64,000 nt of DNA from Thermodesulfobacteriota bacterium (lineage in GTDB: Bacteria > Desulfobacterota > Desulfobacteria > Desulfobacterales > SURF-7). Shown here one piece after another: positions 48,601 through 56,656 of the stretch; within the stretch, counting starts at the first letter, position 1, and each line of letters opens with the position of its first letter. The notes beneath the pieces were generated by a model. That model did no database searches. It saw only the letters and a list, made by a program, of their open reading frames with translations, and was not told the origin of the DNA. Location of the stretch: assembly GCA_049320885.1 (NCBI GenBank), contig JBMORA010000024.1, forward strand, positions 32,001-96,000, in the 5' to 3' direction. The position numbers were made by a program, and so were the translations under genes.

Positions 48601-51600
48601 TGTTCTCCCAGTCCCGGCAGATCAGCAGTTTCGCTGTATACCAGGGCCCCGTTGATCTCAAAGGACAGGTGGCGCCCGACCACCGGGTCCGTCAGGGTGT
48701 TGATGACGTTTCCGCTGATCAGAACCGTATCGCCGGAGCGATAGATCTCCTTGTCCGCATCAAAGATCAGCCGGATATGATCATCGTTTATGTAAAACAC
48801 GCTGCTGTCTTCGGCTATTTTCTGGGATAGCGAATTGGTCAGGGCGCCTTTCAGGATGTAGCGGCCTTCCGGGAGTTGCACTTCCAGCGGAATTTCCAAA
48901 TGACGGTTTTCGAAAAGCGCCAGGGGCAGGCGTTGCGACCAGACAAGATTGCCGGCACCGCCTTCGCCGCCCACCAGCACCTCGCGCAGCATTGGAAAAT
49001 ATTCGCCGTCTTCACTCCCGATATAGGCGTTTTGGAAGTTTATTTCTATTTCCAGCCAGCGGCCGGGCCCGGAGGTGACAGGGCTGACAAAAACCACCGG
49101 TCCTTCACCGGATTCCCGGCCATAGCTGGTCCACCCGGCTTTCGCCAGGGCGCCTTCCGTATCCGCGGTGCGCGTGGAAACCTGAATGCAGGCGGCGCCC
49201 ATCTCCTCGGCAAGAAGCTGCAGCAGCCCCCACGTTTTCCGGCCACCGGCATCCAGTTTCAGGGTGACGGACCGACCCTTGGGACCCAATTTGTAAAACC
49301 GTCCATTCTGGTCCACGGCCACCACGCCGCCATCCGCGCCGACGGCCATTCCCGCCTCACCGCGCACGGGCACTCGATAGTTCCAATGCAAGGTGCCGTC
49401 CGGGTTCAGGGCCTGAATCGAGCTGTAATACCAGCCGTATTCCTGGGCAAGCACGGCGGCGTAGACCGTTCCGTCTGGGCCGACGGACGGTTTGGCTGTT
49501 ATCCAGCCATCGAGAGCATATGCCCAGCGTTCTGCACCGTTCGGATCAATGGAGATGATTTGATTTCCGTATGCCGTCACGTACACCGTCCCGTCGGGAC
49601 CCAGTTCGGGCCGACTCGTCAGGGACCCGATGGTGTTTTTCCATCGAAGCGCGCCGTCCGGATGGAGGGCATGCAGATTGCCGTCGCTGGTGCATACATA
49701 TACCGTTCCGTCGGCGCCGACACTCACGGGGTGTGAGATCCAAGCGCCGGGGGCGTAGCGCCAGACTTCGGAACCATCCGGATCCATGGTCAGGATCTGG
49801 CTTTCCCCGTCTTTGAAAACAGGCCAATAAACAGCGCCGTCCGGTCCGACGGAAGGTGCCTGAGGCGTCTCGGCAGACGGTTCGCAGCGCTGCCATTTTT
49901 CCGTGCCGTCCGGATTCAGGGCCAACAAGCGGCCTGCACCCGAAGAGACATGGACAGTTCCGTCCGGTCCGATGACAGGTGAGATCAGTGTTTCCCCATC
50001 ACTTTCAAAGGTCCACAGTTCGACACCGGCCCTGACGGCATGGACGACATTTGCGCAAACGATATACACCTCGCCGTCGCGACCCAACACCGGCGAGGAA
50101 CAGGATGACCCACCGGTCAAAAAAGACCAGCCGGAAGCACCGTCGGCCCGGACTGTATAGAGGACGCCGGCCGGCACTTCCCCAAGTCCCATGAACGCAT
50201 GAACGGTGCCGTCGGAATCCATAACCGGTTCAGCCTGGTACCGATTCCACGAATCGTGGAACCACTGGATTCGTCCGTCGGGATCTTCCGGTCCGACGGC
50301 GCCCCCCCCCCGATCCATCGGCAGGACATCACCCGGCCGGGAATCGATGTCCACCAAATGCAAGTCGGCGGTTTGCCAGTCTTCCCGGCTGGTCCATATT
50401 TTTTCCGCGGCATGGACTTCCAGATCCAGCGCGCCGTTTTCAATTTCTCCCTGGCCAAGGGTCAGATCCGCCCGTATGGTTTTCGGATCCGCCCGGAAAT
50501 AGACCTCCCGGTCCGGGGTCAGTTCCAACCCCGCTTCCACCCCGCTGATATCCAGGCGGTCATGATATACCGTGGTTTCTCCGGCAGCCGTATCCGTCAC
50601 CTGCGCCCGGAGCGAATAACTTCCGGATTTCGCCGGCTCCGGTATCACGACCAAGACCCGTCCGGTTCCGTCCACCGGCAGGGATTGCGATCCTTCGGCG
50701 ACGGCTATGGGATGATTCCTTTCATCCAGCAGTGTGAACGTATATCCGGCTGTCGTCGGTGTACCGCCGGAGTTCGCCAGCTCCACGGCGATGGTTTCTC
50801 CGGCCTGGTACCTGTCGCCGGAAAAACGCAGGTCGATTTTGGCAGGCATCACATAGAAGTCGCAGGATGTCCGCTTCGATGAACCGTTTATGAAAAGCGA
50901 TACAATGGCGGTATGCACACCGGCAACGGCGGATTCCGGAACCATGAAGGCAAACGCGGTCCGGCGGCTCTGGCCGGGAAGGAGCGTCATCGTCTGCTGG
51001 TCATTCACCGAAAGCTGCGGAATCGAAAGGGTCAGTTCCATGTCTTCCAGTGCGATCCGGCCGTTGTTGGCGGCGGTAACCGTCAGCTCCACCGATTGTC
51101 CGCCACGATATTCATTGCGGTCGAAGCAGCCGGCGACTGAAGCGGAACAATCGATCTTCTTGACGCTTGTGTAATTCCTGCCGCCCAGGTCAATTTGATA
51201 CGTCAGCGCATACTCCCCGAAGACCACCTGATCGATGGAAAAAGGAAGGGCGATGCTGAACCATTGCTCTTCTTGCGGTTCGAAGGTTCGGGTCTCGTTC
51301 ATCAGCGTGATTCCGTTGGGATCGGCCAGTGAAACCGTCATCCTTCCGAAATCCCCCGGCACGATCCCCCCGGCATTCGCATTGTGAATGTCAAACGAAA
51401 CAGCCGCGGCCTCCGGCTGCAGGATCATCGGCGCATGCGGAAATACCTGCATCTCGGCTTTCGGCACGTCGAAGGTCGTCCGATATCCGGCGGCGATCTT
51501 CCTGCCTTGAAAATAAATGGCCGCTGTTACCGTGTATTGCCCTGCCTTGGCGGGATTTCCCAAGGTCAGTTCCATTTCTTCTTCCTTGGCGCTCCTGGAG

Positions 51601-53810
51601 ATCCATACGGGGCGGGATTGCTCAAAAAAGGTCTCCCCCTGGGGATCGGCGACCGATAACCGCAGCTCGGCCGGATTGACCCAATTGTGTTGCCCGCCAT
51701 AGGTGGATTTCAGCAGAACGGACTCGCCGTTTTTATACCTCGGTTTATCCGTTCCGACCGCTACACGGATCGTGTCTGTATAAACCTCAAACCCCCGGGA
51801 ACCAGCCGCCATGAGGGTATGGTTCTCGTCATACACCCGCGCATACAATCGGTCATAGCTGAATAGCGGGACGGTAACGGGTTGGGTCTGCATCCCCCCC
51901 GCCGGCACCAGAAGAGACAGCGGGGCCGGACGATACACGGAATCATGCCGAACAGCGGAATTATGCGGGAAAAAATATTGCAGGGTGAACTCCCGATCCG
52001 TTTCTCCATGGTTCCAGACCGAGATCACGAAATCCGCTTCCTGCCCGTACAGATATTCCTCTGAATCCGAATTAACCGATACCGTGACCGGTTTCGTGAT
52101 AATGCCCTGGGGGGGGTTGCCGACCACGAAACGAGCTGCGGTTTCCTCGGTTTGGATGCCCAGTTGCTCGGTGTTCAACAGTTCGGCCTGAACAGACCAG
52201 ATGCCCAGATCGCCGGCGACTTCCTCAATGGAAAAGGGTACCGTCACGGTCTGACCCGGTTCGAATGGATACCCGACGATTTCCGTCCCCACGATCTGAT
52301 TGTCCGGATTCCGCAGGCTGAATGTCACAAAAGCGACGGCCTCGTCCGTATGGTTGGTCAGTTCCACCGATAGCGCCATGGCATCTCCCGGCCTGGCTTC
52401 GGGTAACTCGGCGGGTTCCAGCGCCCAGCGGAGCATATCCCGGATGATCCGCCTGCCGTCCTCGGTAGCCTGACCATTGGCAAAGGCCCAGTCTTCATAC
52501 ATGCTGGTGGCGATGACATGGCCTTCTCCATACGGATACAGGAGCATGCAGGGCATGCCGTTCTTGGCTCGTCTCAGGAGCACCGTGGCCTCCTGCGGCC
52601 AATCCGTGAAATATCCATCCACCACCGAATCGCAGACGGCTTTATCGATGCCGCTTATTATGGGATGATAGGTATCCACGTTCATGGATTTCCACTGGCA
52701 GCTCATATCCTCGGTCCAGCCATAGCCCGCCCATCGGCCCGGCAGGACCGAATATTCATACCCCCGCTGCTGGGAGAAGACGATCAGGGTTCCGCCGGCG
52801 GCGACGTATTGTTCCAGTTTGGTCTTAAAAGAAGGCAGATTGTCCAACCCGTACAGGCCGCCGCTCGGTATGATCAGGACAGGATGCCGTTCCATGTCAG
52901 CAGGATCAAAATCCACCAGCACGTTGTTGATGCCGTTGCCGATCAGTCCGGAAAGCAAAGCCGATTCCTGATAAAAGCCGTTTGTCAGCACGCCGAGTTG
53001 CGCCCCTGGATCGAAAACGGGACCGTTGCCTTCGGAAACGGATTCTGAATTCGGGCTTGCATTATCATCCGGGTGATCCTTACAACCCGGTTTGGAAACC
53101 AGAATGATCCCCTTTTGGGAATTACAGGTATAGCTGGTGCATGGACTGGAGCTCTTTGGTATGAAGGTGGGAATTTTAAGGATGGCGCCCGACCCGGGAT
53201 CGCAGATGTATTGTACACATTTATCGCCCTCTGGAAGGGTCTTTTTGATTTCTTCGATGTTTCCGGTATCTGGATCACATATATATTGTACGCATGGATT
53301 ACCTTCCGGAACAGGTTTTGGGACGATTGTGTGATCCTCGCACCTGTCGCATGGGGTCAGTTTGATGCTGACGGAAAACCCTCCCTCCAGTTCCGCGCAA
53401 TCCGGCGGATCGATGCCGCATGGACGGATATACAAAGGCCCCGGGGTGGTTTGACGGATGCCGAAGACGAATCCGGCGGTCGCCACGTAATCGGAATTTT
53501 CCGGCGGGCAGCCGACATCAAATCGAATCTGGAAAATCTGCGCCGCGCCGGCGGCGATGTCGGCGGTTGAAGGCGAAACTTCTCGAATGGCGACCAGCCC
53601 ATGGGGGTTTTGGACAACAGCGGCCGACACCGTCACGCCCGTCATGCCGGTTTCACCGAAATTGTTAACGGTGAGTTGATAGACGTTGCCCACGGAAGGG
53701 GCGGCGACATCGGCGGCCGAAGCCGCATTCATCCCAAAGATCGTCAGCACGAGGATACCCGCTGCTATTTCTCCAAGGGATATTGCCAATGATTGGATCA
53801 AGCGTCTCAT
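42687..53810 (-). CDS. Giant (~3700 aa) exported multidomain protein (Ig/CARDB-like arrays, two GATase-like domains, PQQ/BamB-type propeller, Fn3, Ca-binding repeats, PKD, C-terminal beta-solenoid-like domain)
   Basis: Single uninterrupted ORF; start re-set to MRRLIQ with signal ending AASA|A; P.VGPDGTVY/L.ALNPDG..KW repeats; GY.VYRNG...AVDRAGNES; DTDNDG/DYDNDG; IYYTLDGSDP; PPIADAG. Confidence 0.88.
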   Translation of the reverse strand: MRRLIQSLAISLGEIAAGILVLTIFGMNAASAADVAAPSVGNVYQLTVNNFGETGMTGVTVSAAVVQNPHGLVAIREVSPSTADIAAGAAQIFQIRFDVGCPPENSDYVATAGFVFGIRQTTPGPLYIRPCGIDPPDCAELEGGFSVSIKLTPCDRCEDHTIVPKPVPEGNPCVQYICDPDTGNIEEIKKTLPEGDKCVQYICDPGSGAILKIPTFIPKSSSPCTSYTCNSQKGIILVSKPGCKDHPDDNASPNSESVSEGNGPVFDPGAQLGVLTNGFYQESALLSGLIGNGINNVLVDFDPADMERHPVLIIPSGGLYGLDNLPSFKTKLEQYVAAGGTLIVFSQQRGYEYSVLPGRWAGYGWTEDMSCQWKSMNVDTYHPIISGIDKAVCDSVVDGYFTDWPQEATVLLRRAKNGMPCMLLYPYGEGHVIATSMYEDWAFANGQATEDGRRIIRDMLRWALEPAELPEARPGDAMALSVELTNHTDEAVAFVTFSLRNPDNQIVGTEIVGYPFEPGQTVTVPFSIEEVAGDLGIWSVQAELLNTEQLGIQTEETAARFVVGNPPQGIITKPVTVSVNSDSEEYLYGQEADFVISVWNHGETDREFTLQYFFPHNSAVRHDSVYRPAPLSLLVPAGGMQTQPVTVPLFSYDRLYARVYDENHTLMAAGSRGFEVYTDTIRVAVGTDKPRYKNGESVLLKSTYGGQHNWVNPAELRLSVADPQGETFFEQSRPVWISRSAKEEEMELTLGNPAKAGQYTVTAAIYFQGRKIAAGYRTTFDVPKAEMQVFPHAPMILQPEAAAVSFDIHNANAGGIVPGDFGRMTVSLADPNGITLMNETRTFEPQEEQWFSIALPFSIDQVVFGEYALTYQIDLGGRNYTSVKKIDCSASVAGCFDRNEYRGGQSVELTVTAANNGRIALEDMELTLSIPQLSVNDQQTMTLLPGQSRRTAFAFMVPESAVAGVHTAIVSLFINGSSKRTSCDFYVMPAKIDLRFSGDRYQAGETIAVELANSGGTPTTAGYTFTLLDERNHPIAVAEGSQSLPVDGTGRVLVVIPEPAKSGSYSLRAQVTDTAAGETTVYHDRLDISGVEAGLELTPDREVYFRADPKTIRADLTLGQGEIENGALDLEVHAAEKIWTSREDWQTADLHLVDIDSRPGDVLPMDRGGGAVGPEDPDGRIQWFHDSWNRYQAEPVMDSDGTVHAFMGLGEVPAGVLYTVRADGASGWSFLTGGSSCSSPVLGRDGEVYIVCANVVHAVRAGVELWTFESDGETLISPVIGPDGTVHVSSGAGRLLALNPDGTEKWQRCEPSAETPQAPSVGPDGAVYWPVFKDGESQILTMDPDGSEVWRYAPGAWISHPVSVGADGTVYVCTSDGNLHALHPDGALRWKNTIGSLTSRPELGPDGTVYVTAYGNQIISIDPNGAERWAYALDGWITAKPSVGPDGTVYAAVLAQEYGWYYSSIQALNPDGTLHWNYRVPVRGEAGMAVGADGGVVAVDQNGRFYKLGPKGRSVTLKLDAGGRKTWGLLQLLAEEMGAACIQVSTRTADTEGALAKAGWTSYGRESGEGPVVFVSPVTSGPGRWLEIEINFQNAYIGSEDGEYFPMLREVLVGGEGGAGNLVWSQRLPLALFENRHLEIPLEVQLPEGRYILKGALTNSLSQKIAEDSSVFYINDDHIRLIFDADKEIYRSGDTVLISGNVINTLTDPVVGRHLSFEINGALVYSETADLPGLGEHPFAFGVVAPETSFMITGRLDTAELPLQVTVGAPALSVDISPERAGRAPFDLSVALTNQGAVDLRVDVVVAEKAHPLTIPAGQRLVVTEPVNIIADATIPVVITGDVDQTFRHAVDFCEQLAVTVSPAEYYTEGVLVIPYIAENTGCMDSEAEMTFRLNGETLTRTVFAPAGGSIADSLTFNVGAGDYSLTYESVFGSGSIPVSVLGTDRLEVGLDIGYPHSSRVLLLSDSLAATDVETALAKAGKEVTVTRALSTEWDGADPSPRDFDVIVLADSGNDGTAMPPQTQAIVTEFVRNGGGLVITEQVVAENAENGAYAGLAELYLFDPAQYGYARGADGFTKVAVHPVTEGITEPIGFDVIDGNRGALKADATVVMAGTLLPNAVAVKAVELGRIVQFAAADSAGGNLFTDNPAMQTLITNAVHWTARRSAPGKVNVAVMVWNRGANHFAGDLAVTADFLDEAASLSPGVGQGALFEWEVATAELPGGVYPLQALVSRVGVPVQQAEAELEISGPRFEPASYPVMPVYTPGAKGEITFTVRNSGMTQGAAGIHFSMLDILDETGNFWLSPGETETVTYHFEVPDDIAAGDYKAVLNVEGAVTEIPFRIGGLSIDVSALLDQPVYHIGDTAVLTVTVVNPSDAHPEMLARVVSNSGEVVESFILGDSNTMPFHIPVTGAMPEQLTVGLYMASGRSVYINTIPIRLQDGTITLYPDRAVYSPGDTVMMQVLTAENGDLTVAAPGFDETLPVNGDTTFHFVLPDEMVSDRYLVEYQLGGHTGACPVYVNGYDARALEAVFDKEIYEPTDTLALSLAVDISEPLDVIVKGWIYRPDGEYMPLFETDARLAAGDNRMDLPPAGFSTPRAGIHYVVYTIYKADTLLELMSAWEPFEVQPAAVTALAVDRMVYGATEPITARVETIACEPYTGRITLTADGGIVAEQEVTLEGEEIFHFDPGSFPLGRHVLSAQLTGENLFSEKTTAFTVADRMAPGIPAGLAATVTGNVANLTWSPNPEADLVGYHVYRNGVRLNSFPAVRSSYQDDHIPAGIAHSYHVTAVDRAGNESPPSAAVTLMQDSTPPVIAFTPAADTHADHPVTVTYTATDNHDPAPAVTANYPSPTLFYISGDYIVTARATDAAGNTAEKSLRIHIELEGDTDNDGIQDDWEMTHFGALDRDGSGDYDNDGLSDLDEYRNGTDPVQSDAPTLPVILLPADGGEVAELAPEITIENSAGANGAPVHYTFEVYGDEAMTDLVAGQADVPQALPHTVWPVPEPLTDNTWYYWRVRAGDGICATSWVYGRFFVNTENDPPGAFFSSRPADGTAVDTRTPVLEVGNSIDADQDAVTYTFEVYHDAAMTELVVVSPDLPAGTEGVTAWVVDAQLSDNIWYYWRCRATDEHGLAGEWTATFAFFTDSNGTDDPPAITVTEPAAEVSTNAGAFTIKWEDGDPDSNARITLYADTDNTGADGMPIAAGLLEDADGETGDSWNWDISALGDGAYFVYAVITDDATAAPASYAPGALIIDRTPPLVTAAPAGGVYEGVQEISLTADEPSVIYYTLDGSDPTTESIVYSGSFAIEEDTLLKFMAVDPAGNRSLTVTESYTILITNIPPIADAGIGAVIYLGETAHLDGAGSSDPDNGPSALTYHWSFTALPAGSALTAADIAGADTSLASFVPDVIGAYGTALEVYDGKDRHTDSVILTVVADNGLRLSTASLIATEKIHLEAGARINSGHAAVLDQDLWGGKKCFRGEVIVGHNAWMNEGAALYGDTVHIKHGASVDEVYYNQLRNRGTIRGAAVTPLELPLDFALPVFPDPAPGEADITVMPGGELTLTPGAYGEVRLKTRSTLVFTGGVYHLEDLDIGDNNCRVLFGGPTVLIIEGGLSQGRKAYIGPAEGSAIGARDIVMVVHGYKGRKGNTLATAVKIGGQNILKANIFAPDGKIWVQHDSEVEGALIGREILIGVQVQVTLDSGF

Positions 53811-53875
53811 CGGTTTTCCTTCCGGAGGCAGTCTCCTGCATGCTGCAATCGGCGGCATTCGTTGTCGGATGCGCT

Positions 53876-54364
53876 CTATTGCATGCCGGGCCTGCTTCCG
53901 CCGGATCGCCTTATCTGATCAAGGCGCGGCGGCGGCAGCGGCGGCAGGATATAGTTGATTCTCCATTCCCCCAGCTCTTTTACGATTGCGAAGGTATGCA
54001 ATCCACTGATCATTCGGGGCGGCAGTTCCTTTTGAAAGCGGAGGAGCGCTTTGACGATAACGGCGTTTCCCTGTTGCGAAATCGTTTGCAACGAATACCC
54101 CGCCAGGTTTCCCCCCGCTTGCCGACAACTACCGAATCTATTCTTGAAATTTTCTTTTCCATCTTTGCCCAGACCGGTTTGGCAAAGAACACGAAACATG
54201 GCGTCAAGGTCATTCCGTTTCCAGGATTGGCAAAAAACCGTGACCGGATGCCCGGGTGATTTTCCGCCGCCGCCAATTTCCTCTGCTGGGGGCACGCCAT
54301 CCGCGATGCGGAATGTCCCGGCGGCGACGGCGAATACAGCAATGAAAAGAAGAATTCGATTCAT
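53876..54364 (-). CDS. Small exported hypothetical protein (possible NTF2-like fold)
   Basis: MNRILLFIAVFAVAAG signal; P...V..F...W...D..AM and VKE.GEWRI patterns; first gene of the rhs-associated cluster. Confidence 0.65.
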   Translation of the reverse strand: MNRILLFIAVFAVAAGTFRIADGVPPAEEIGGGGKSPGHPVTVFCQSWKRNDLDAMFRVLCQTGLGKDGKENFKNRFGSCRQAGGNLAGYSLQTISQQGNAVIVKALLRFQKELPPRMISGLHTFAIVKELGEWRINYILPPLPPPRLDQIRRSGGSRPGMQ

Positions 54365-54440
54365 TCCCCATATCCTCGATATCGATCAATTTGTGTTTTA
54401 CCTTATTGGTTCTGAAACGGAAGGCGTTACGGACAGCTCA

Positions 54441-54457
54441 TGGCACGTTGCATGCCA
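54441..54457. promoter_or_regulatory. Palindromic site readable as a sigma54 -24/-12 element on both strands
   Basis: TGGCACGTTGCATGCCA; GG-N10-GC on + and on -; the -12 TTGC is imperfect on both. Confidence 0.4.
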
Positions 54458-54787
54458 TGGTTGTATTCATCTCTGCGGGTTCTGTTCGCGATGGAATCTG
54501 TCCGGTTTCTATGCCATCATCAGTTGCATGATGTCAATATGTTTTTCGCGGAAATCGACGATACAGTTGCGATCATTTTTACACAGATGATGCAGGCGGC
54601 AAAACATGCCCGTATTCATCCGCAGATATAAAAATGCATGGCAAATGGTTATCCATATGCACGCGACATAGGTAGACAGTGTTTTTCAAGCGCCATTTAT
54701 GCTATAGTTCCCCGAGAGCAAGAACGGCAACCAGGATTTTGCTGGATCAAACGACATCCGGAGTTCCACGTTAGAAGCGAGGCACGC

Positions 54788-56359
54788 ATGCCCACAGCCC
54801 AACCCGTCCGCTTTGATAAATATATTCTCCTCGATCGCATCGCCATGGGCGGCATGGCGGAGGTCTTCCGGGCCAAACTCATCGGTGAGAAAGGGTTCGA
54901 AAAGCCGGTGGTATTGAAAAAGATGCTGCCGCACCTGACCGATGAGGAGGAAATGGTCAGGCATTTCATTGATGAAGCCCGGCTGGCGGCCCAACTGAAA
55001 CACGAAAATATCATCCACATATACGATTTCGGCATGTCGGCGAACACCTTTTTTATCGCCATGGAATACCTTTTCGGTAAAGATCTCAGCATGGTATTGA
55101 AGCGGTCGGCCGAAACCGGTGAATCCATGCCGCTTGAAACCTGCCTGTTCATCGTTTCCAGGATCTGCGAGGGATTGGCATACGCGCATAACTTGACGGA
55201 TTTAAATGGTAATCCACTGGATATCGTCCATCGGGATATCAGCCCGCACAATATTTTCATCACCTACGAGGGCAACATCAAAATAATCGATTTTGGAATC
55301 GCCAAGGCGGCCTCCAGGTCGACGAAAACCCAAACCGGCATCATCAAGGGCAAGGCGGCCTACATGTCGCCGGAACAGGCCGCGGGGAACCCGATCGACC
55401 GGCGATCGGACCTGTACGCTGTCGGTATTCTTCTGTATGAACTCTCGACCGGCCGAAAAATGTTTGAAGGCGATACGTTTCAGGTGCTTTCGAGAGTGAT
55501 CAACGGCGAATATGAACCGCCGGAGACGCTGAAACCGGATCTTCCGGAGCCGGTCGTCCGCATCCTGCATAAATCGTTGCGCATCAACCCCGATGAACGC
55601 TATGCTTCCTGCGAGGAAATGCAGGCGGATATCGAGGATTGCATCTATAAGCTCGGATACCGCCCCGGTTCCCGGAAATTATCCAGCTTCATGCAATCGC
55701 TGTTTGAGGGCCATTACGATCTGGAAAAGCGGAAGCTCTCCCAAACAATGACGGCAAGCCGTGCCTCCCTGTCATCCGCCGATCATCGGCCGGAAAACGG
55801 AGGCGGATATGCAGCGACGGCGGCTGGGGAAACCCAGCCCCCAAAACCGATGGAACCGACGTCGACGGCAATGACTTATGGCGCGACGCCTGAAGTCAGC
55901 CCGGATCAGGCCGGAATCCGGCGAAGGAAAAGGCGCTTGATTGCGGTGGCGCTTGTCCTGGTATCGCTTATCTGCGTCGGCATACCGGTCGGGTATTTGG
56001 TGCATGACCATTATCAAAAAACGGAAAAGATCGACAAACTTCTGGAAACCGCTGAGGCCTGCATGGCCGATGGGCGGATCACATCGCCCCAAGACAATTG
56101 CGGCTATCATTATTATCAGGAAGTGTTGACAATCGATCCGGGCAATCGACCGGCCCGGGAAGGCCTTGCGAAAGTCGTTTCCAAATGCATCTCGCTGGCG
56201 CAAAAAGAGATCGACAAGTTCAACCTGCCCTATGCCCGGCATTACATCGCCTTCGGTCTGCGCATCGATCCGGAAAACAAGACCCTGCTGGCAATGAAAA
56301 GAAAAACAGCCAATGGCGCTGATTTCTATTTCGATGGCATCAAAAGCTTCTTTAAATAA
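54788..56359 (+). CDS. Membrane-bound Hanks-type Ser/Thr protein kinase with periplasmic TPR-like domain
   Basis: GGMAEV, VVLKK, HRDISPHN, DFGIAK, YMSPEQ, D.RSD; TM LIAVALVLVSLICVGIPVGYLV. Start re-set to MPTAQP. Confidence 0.93.
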   Translation: MPTAQPVRFDKYILLDRIAMGGMAEVFRAKLIGEKGFEKPVVLKKMLPHLTDEEEMVRHFIDEARLAAQLKHENIIHIYDFGMSANTFFIAMEYLFGKDLSMVLKRSAETGESMPLETCLFIVSRICEGLAYAHNLTDLNGNPLDIVHRDISPHNIFITYEGNIKIIDFGIAKAASRSTKTQTGIIKGKAAYMSPEQAAGNPIDRRSDLYAVGILLYELSTGRKMFEGDTFQVLSRVINGEYEPPETLKPDLPEPVVRILHKSLRINPDERYASCEEMQADIEDCIYKLGYRPGSRKLSSFMQSLFEGHYDLEKRKLSQTMTASRASLSSADHRPENGGGYAATAAGETQPPKPMEPTSTAMTYGATPEVSPDQAGIRRRKRRLIAVALVLVSLICVGIPVGYLVHDHYQKTEKIDKLLETAEACMADGRITSPQDNCGYHYYQEVLTIDPGNRPAREGLAKVVSKCISLAQKEIDKFNLPYARHYIAFGLRIDPENKTLLAMKRKTANGADFYFDGIKSFFK

Positions 56360-56656
56360 GACCACGCAGCATGGCGGAAAGCAAAAAACATCATGCTGAA
56401 AAACCATATCGCAAACCATACGGCGGGGGAAAATCCTATTTCCACGCAAAAGGGTACAGCCGCCTGAACATTACACCCGGGCAGTATCCTCCTCCCGGCG
56501 AGTGCCGAATGGGGTTGCAGCGATGAAGATCCCGGCTTCCCGGAGCTGATGTTTTTATTGAAATTTTATCGGAATTCGGATATTTATTTTAATAGGAGGC
56601 CGATCGGGGCCGACCGGATCGGATGTAACCAGACCCATGGGAAAGAATAAAACAAG

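Noticed and set aside
56409..56520. c-di-GMP-I (GEMM) riboswitch-like words GCAAACC...ACGCAAA
   Set aside because: The P2 stem with GAAA tetraloop and GGGACGC cannot be formed convincingly; an Infernal scan would be needed.
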